Assembly (NCBI GenBank): GCA_033763455.1
Contig: JANRKO010000023.1
Coordinates: 192,001-256,000, forward strand
Reading direction: 5' to 3'
Origin: Polyangiaceae bacterium
Lineage (GTDB): Bacteria > Myxococcota_A > Polyangia > Polyangiales > Polyangiaceae
DNA length: 64,000 nucleotides
Part shown: in pieces, positions 60,501-64,000 of the stretch
Layout of the letters: every line of letters begins with the position of its first letter
Numbering within the stretch: the first letter of the stretch is position 1
The notes under the pieces: model-generated
The model's input: only the letters and a program-made list of their open reading frames with translations
Database searches by the model: none
What the model was told of the DNA's origin: nothing
Made by a program: the position numbers and the translations under genes

Positions 60501-61418
60501 GTGACGCGCCGGTCGGCCTCCCTGCGAGCCTGGGCTTTCCCTCTTTTTGGATACTTGGGCCTCTGCTTTGCCGGAGCAACACACGCGGCACCACGAGCTC
60601 CACACACGACCCCCCAGGTGAGCAAGGCGCCAGCACCCACGCGCCCAGCGCAGCCGAAAGCCCGCTCACAGGTGGCAAAGAAAAAGACCGGTGCAGCGGT
60701 GAGCACGCCCCGCCCAGCTCGGCCCTCCGCCAAGAAGTCAAAGCCGAAAAAAGATCTGGGAAACAAGTTCCTAGCGATTCCTGAGCTCGACCTTGCCACT
60801 CGCGTGCCCGCCTACCGCTACGCCAACATGACCAACGAAGAAGTGGAGCGTGAGCTCAGCCTCCGTGGCATCCGCTACCACCAACCCACGCCCACGCCTT
60901 CCACGGTCAGATTTCCAATTCGCCTCGATGCACCGCTGCACGGCGTTACCATCCATTCAGCGCTGCCAGCCGAGGAACGAGCGGACACACCGTTTGAAAT
61001 ACTCGATGGGCGGCTAGCTCTCGCCTTGGACGACTTCTGCGAAATACTCGAACGGCATGACGTGGTGGAGGTTGTGCACTTCACCATGTACCGCCCGGCT
61101 CCTGAACAAGCAGCGACGGACGCGGAGGCAACACGGCATCCGGCAGGCCTCGCTATTGACGTTGGGGCACTACGAAAGCGAACGGGACATTGGCTAGCTG
61201 TGGGGCCAAGCTGGTCGGCCTCTATTGGTTCGCAGACCTGCGGAACAGGGGCTCGTGCGCTGGCCGACCGCAGCGGGCGCGAGATACTCAGCATTGTGTG
61301 CGAGGCGGCCGACCAGCAGATCTTCCACTACATGCTGACGCCGCACTTCAATGAGGCCCACCGAGACCATCTGCACCTGGAGATCAAACCCGGAGTAAAA
61401 TGGTTTCTCTACAATTAA
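60501..61418 (+). CDS. Extensin-like C-terminal domain protein
   Basis: Signal peptide; basic Pro/Lys stretch; HPAGLAIDV and LTPHFNEAHRDHLHLE. Confidence 0.75.
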   Translation: MTRRSASLRAWAFPLFGYLGLCFAGATHAAPRAPHTTPQVSKAPAPTRPAQPKARSQVAKKKTGAAVSTPRPARPSAKKSKPKKDLGNKFLAIPELDLATRVPAYRYANMTNEEVERELSLRGIRYHQPTPTPSTVRFPIRLDAPLHGVTIHSALPAEERADTPFEILDGRLALALDDFCEILERHDVVEVVHFTMYRPAPEQAATDAEATRHPAGLAIDVGALRKRTGHWLAVGPSWSASIGSQTCGTGARALADRSGREILSIVCEAADQQIFHYMLTPHFNEAHRDHLHLEIKPGVKWFLYN

Positions 61419-61575
61419 CTCATCGCCACCCCCGCCTCTGCCCGATGCCCCCTACTTTTGCCCCGTACCGCGGTCGATTTTCCGAAGGATCCTGGGCGTG
61501 GTAGGTTTTGGGGAAACATCAGGCGTTGACCCCCACCGCCATAGTGCCTGAGAACCTCGTCTGACCGCTTAGCCG

Positions 61576-64000
61576 ATGCCCACTTTGAGCTCACATATCA
61601 TTCGACAGAAGCTCGCCTCCGTCCCCGACGTTGAAGAGGCTCTGGCGCGGCAGGTTCTCTACGGTGGAGACCTAGTAACCAACTTGCTAGAGCTCTCTCG
61701 CCTCAGCGAGCCGAAGCTGGTTGAGGTTCTTGCCCAAAATTTTGGTCTGGAAGCGGCTCCTCCGGGCGTTCTGCCAACTGCAATGCCTGAGGTAAAGAAG
61801 CTAATTGGTGGGGACGTGGCCCTGCGCTACAGCATCTTCCCGCTGCGCCTCGAAGATGGCCGGTTGGAGCTCGCGGTGTTCGAGCCGTTGCCCGCCGAAA
61901 TCGAACAAGATCTAGTTTTTTCGTTGGGTGTGCGCGTCGTGCAGCGAGTGGCACCGCTCGTACGCATTCGGCAGGCGATAGCGCGCGATTACGAGAAGCC
62001 TCTCGACAAACGCACCGCTCGTGTGGTCGCGCAGCTCGACGGCAGAAGCGATCCCCATCCGAGCCTGGCCCCTTCGCTCTCCCCCCCCGAAGGGCGCGGA
62101 ATCGGCCGGCTTGCGCGGCCCCAATCCGTGTTGCCACCGCCCGTCTCACCAGAAGTGCGCAACGTGCCGCCGCCCGTCATGCCAGAAGTACGAAAGCCCC
62201 TGCGCCCGCTTTCGGCTTCGGCCCCTGAGCAACGCACGGCGACCAAAACAAGCACCGTCGAAAGCGCAGCGCGAAGCACACCAGCTCGGCGCTCGAACCC
62301 GGCCCTCGTAAAGAGCATTGTTGCACCCGTGATCGCCCCAAGCCCCGTGGTGCGGCGCCGAGGTCCTTATACGGCCAGCATGGCCGAACAGGACCTTTTT
62401 TCCGCTGAATCTCGCGACCAGGTTCTCTTCGCACTCTTCGATTTCGCCTCACAGTACTTCGAATACACAGCGCTTTTTGTAGTGCACGGAGAAGTCGCTG
62501 AAGGGCGTTTAGCAAAAGGCCCAGGAGCCACCTCTGAACAGGTTCAGAAGCTGGGCATCCCGCTAGATTTGGAGAGCGCGCTTGCTTCGGCGTACACAGC
62601 CGGCAATTTCAAGCTAGTGGCGCTTGCGAACACAGGCGTAGATTCAACGTTCGCTCAAGATCTCGCCCGTCCAACTGGGCGGCGCGTGCTTTTCTTGCCG
62701 GTCACGGTAAGGTCGCGAACCGTACTCATTTTGTATGGAGATCACGGCCGCACCCACGTTAAGCTGAGCGACGTGGGTGATGTGCTCGGGCTCGGGGCAC
62801 TCGTTGGTGCCACCCTGGAGCGGCTAATCGTTACCAAGAAGGGTCACGGCAAAGATGGAAGCGCAGGAGCCAATTCACTGCCACCACTGCCCCGTCCAGG
62901 TTCACAATTTTCGCGCTTGCCGCGGAAGGAGCGAGCTGAAGCTCTGCTTTCCGCCCTCGGCAACCCTGCCGAAAACACGCAAGAAAAGTCCCACGAAAAG
63001 GCATTTGCTGAGGGCACGCGCCATTCAACTCTCCCTGGGTTGAGTGGGCCAAGCGTATCAGTGCTACCGCGCGCCATCGACGTAACCCCACCGATGGGCA
63101 CGCCCATTGTGGCATCCACTCCGCCTGGGGCGAGGCGCTCGTCCACACCGGCTCAAGGCAGTTCACAACCACAAGCAATCATCTCGGCATCGCCACCTCC
63201 ACCCACACATCCACCGCCCCCGCTGTCTGCAAACGCTCCTTCGCCACCGCAGGCTCCTCCACCGCCCCCCAGCCGGCCCAACGTCGAGTTTTCGGAGCCG
63301 CTCCCCATTCCGCTAACGCGAAGCAAGCTCCCTCAAACTTCCAGCGAACCTCCAGAGTCTGGGTGGGACGTGAGCGGTGCAGCCCCAGCAGGTACACAAC
63401 ATCTGGAAGTTATTGCCGAATCCGAACGCGGCACACCAGCCTCTCGCTCGGTGTCCGTTGCCGCGCTGCAGCCCCGCCCGGCACGGAAGTCTGATTCCCA
63501 CCATCTGCCCACCGTTATTGTTGATCTCGCGAGCAACTGCCAAAAGCTCGTCGCCGAACTCATCGTTGGGGACACAGATGCCGCCTCCCAGTTGCTTCAG
63601 ATCGGAGGTCCCGCGGCTGCGGCCCTTGCGGCTAAGCTTCCGGGCCCCCTGCAGTTGGATTATAAAAACGGCTTGGGTGAGGTTCAGATCCGCGCCACTC
63701 AGTGCGGCCCACTCCTCAGAACGTTGGGCAAGTTAGGGATGCAGGCTGCCCCTTTTGTTGCCCTTCGCACCGTGGACGAAGACCCGAGCGTGCGGGCTTG
63801 GGCTACTCACCTCTTGGCAGAAATGCCGGGCGAGGAAGCAGCCCGCGCGATCGTGAAGCGCCTGTTTGACGACGACCCGGAGGTGCGAAAGGTAGCAATT
63901 TCAGCGGGTCGTTCCATGCAGTCGAATTCCGGAGCCCGCCTCTGCTTTCTAGAGCAGCTCGCCGCCTACTGTTCCAACTTGGCCTCGCCACCCACCGTTC
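61576..64000 (+). CDS. FrgA-like protein: MshEN/GspE-N domain, GAF-like domain, Pro-rich linker, HEAT repeats (3' partial; not in the ORF track)
   Basis: Manual translation: MPTLSSHIIRQKLASVPDVEEALARQVLYGGDLVTNLLE...VALRYSIFPLR...FDFASQYFEYTALFVVHG...DEDPSVRAWATHLL...LFDDDPEVRK. I saw no stop codon before the window end. Confidence 0.85.
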   Translation, partial: MPTLSSHIIRQKLASVPDVEEALARQVLYGGDLVTNLLELSRLSEPKLVEVLAQNFGLEAAPPGVLPTAMPEVKKLIGGDVALRYSIFPLRLEDGRLELAVFEPLPAEIEQDLVFSLGVRVVQRVAPLVRIRQAIARDYEKPLDKRTARVVAQLDGRSDPHPSLAPSLSPPEGRGIGRLARPQSVLPPPVSPEVRNVPPPVMPEVRKPLRPLSASAPEQRTATKTSTVESAARSTPARRSNPALVKSIVAPVIAPSPVVRRRGPYTASMAEQDLFSAESRDQVLFALFDFASQYFEYTALFVVHGEVAEGRLAKGPGATSEQVQKLGIPLDLESALASAYTAGNFKLVALANTGVDSTFAQDLARPTGRRVLFLPVTVRSRTVLILYGDHGRTHVKLSDVGDVLGLGALVGATLERLIVTKKGHGKDGSAGANSLPPLPRPGSQFSRLPRKERAEALLSALGNPAENTQEKSHEKAFAEGTRHSTLPGLSGPSVSVLPRAIDVTPPMGTPIVASTPPGARRSSTPAQGSSQPQAIISASPPPPTHPPPPLSANAPSPPQAPPPPPSRPNVEFSEPLPIPLTRSKLPQTSSEPPESGWDVSGAAPAGTQHLEVIAESERGTPASRSVSVAALQPRPARKSDSHHLPTVIVDLASNCQKLVAELIVGDTDAASQLLQIGGPAAAALAAKLPGPLQLDYKNGLGEVQIRATQCGPLLRTLGKLGMQAAPFVALRTVDEDPSVRAWATHLLAEMPGEEAARAIVKRLFDDDPEVRKVAISAGRSMQSNSGARLCFLEQLAAYCSNLASPPTV

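Noticed and set aside
60442..60741. Long overlap between the RlmD-like and extensin-like genes
   Set aside because: An artefact of longest-ORF calling; a start at 60441 or later removes it.

Overview
A GC-rich, gene-dense chromosomal segment. Gene content points to a myxobacterium of the Polyangiales/Sorangium type (inference): three Ser/Thr kinase-like genes, PEGA, AgmX-C, VWA, DUF1552/DUF1592 and FrgA-like proteins. Core genes are zwf-pgi, a tightly coupled ilvB-ilvN-ilvC-leuA-cimA-leuB-(MTHFR)-truD operon, recX, terC, comM-recA, hsp20 and an RlmD-family methyltransferase. I found no rRNA, tRNA, CRISPR array, integrase or transposase. Three genes are missing from the ORF track: the pgi 5' part (1-689), a 44-aa Val/Leu/Ile-rich leader peptide (24132-24266) and a >800-aa FrgA-like ORF (61576 to the window end). 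Strongest signals: (1) a complete translation-coupled attenuator before ilvB; (2) a perfect 28-bp nested palindrome abutting the start codon of an 868-aa orphan with an HTH-like N-terminus and degenerate P-loop; (3) a tandem pair of winged-helix proteins with silencer-like architecture, one basic and one acidic; (4) a mycobacterial-type flavin-independent MTHFR inside the branched-chain amino acid operon; (5) a sigma54-like promoter ahead of comM and a divergent recA; (6) an SD-sequestering hairpin and RpoH-like promoter at hsp20. All family calls come from motif recognition by eye; no database searches were run.
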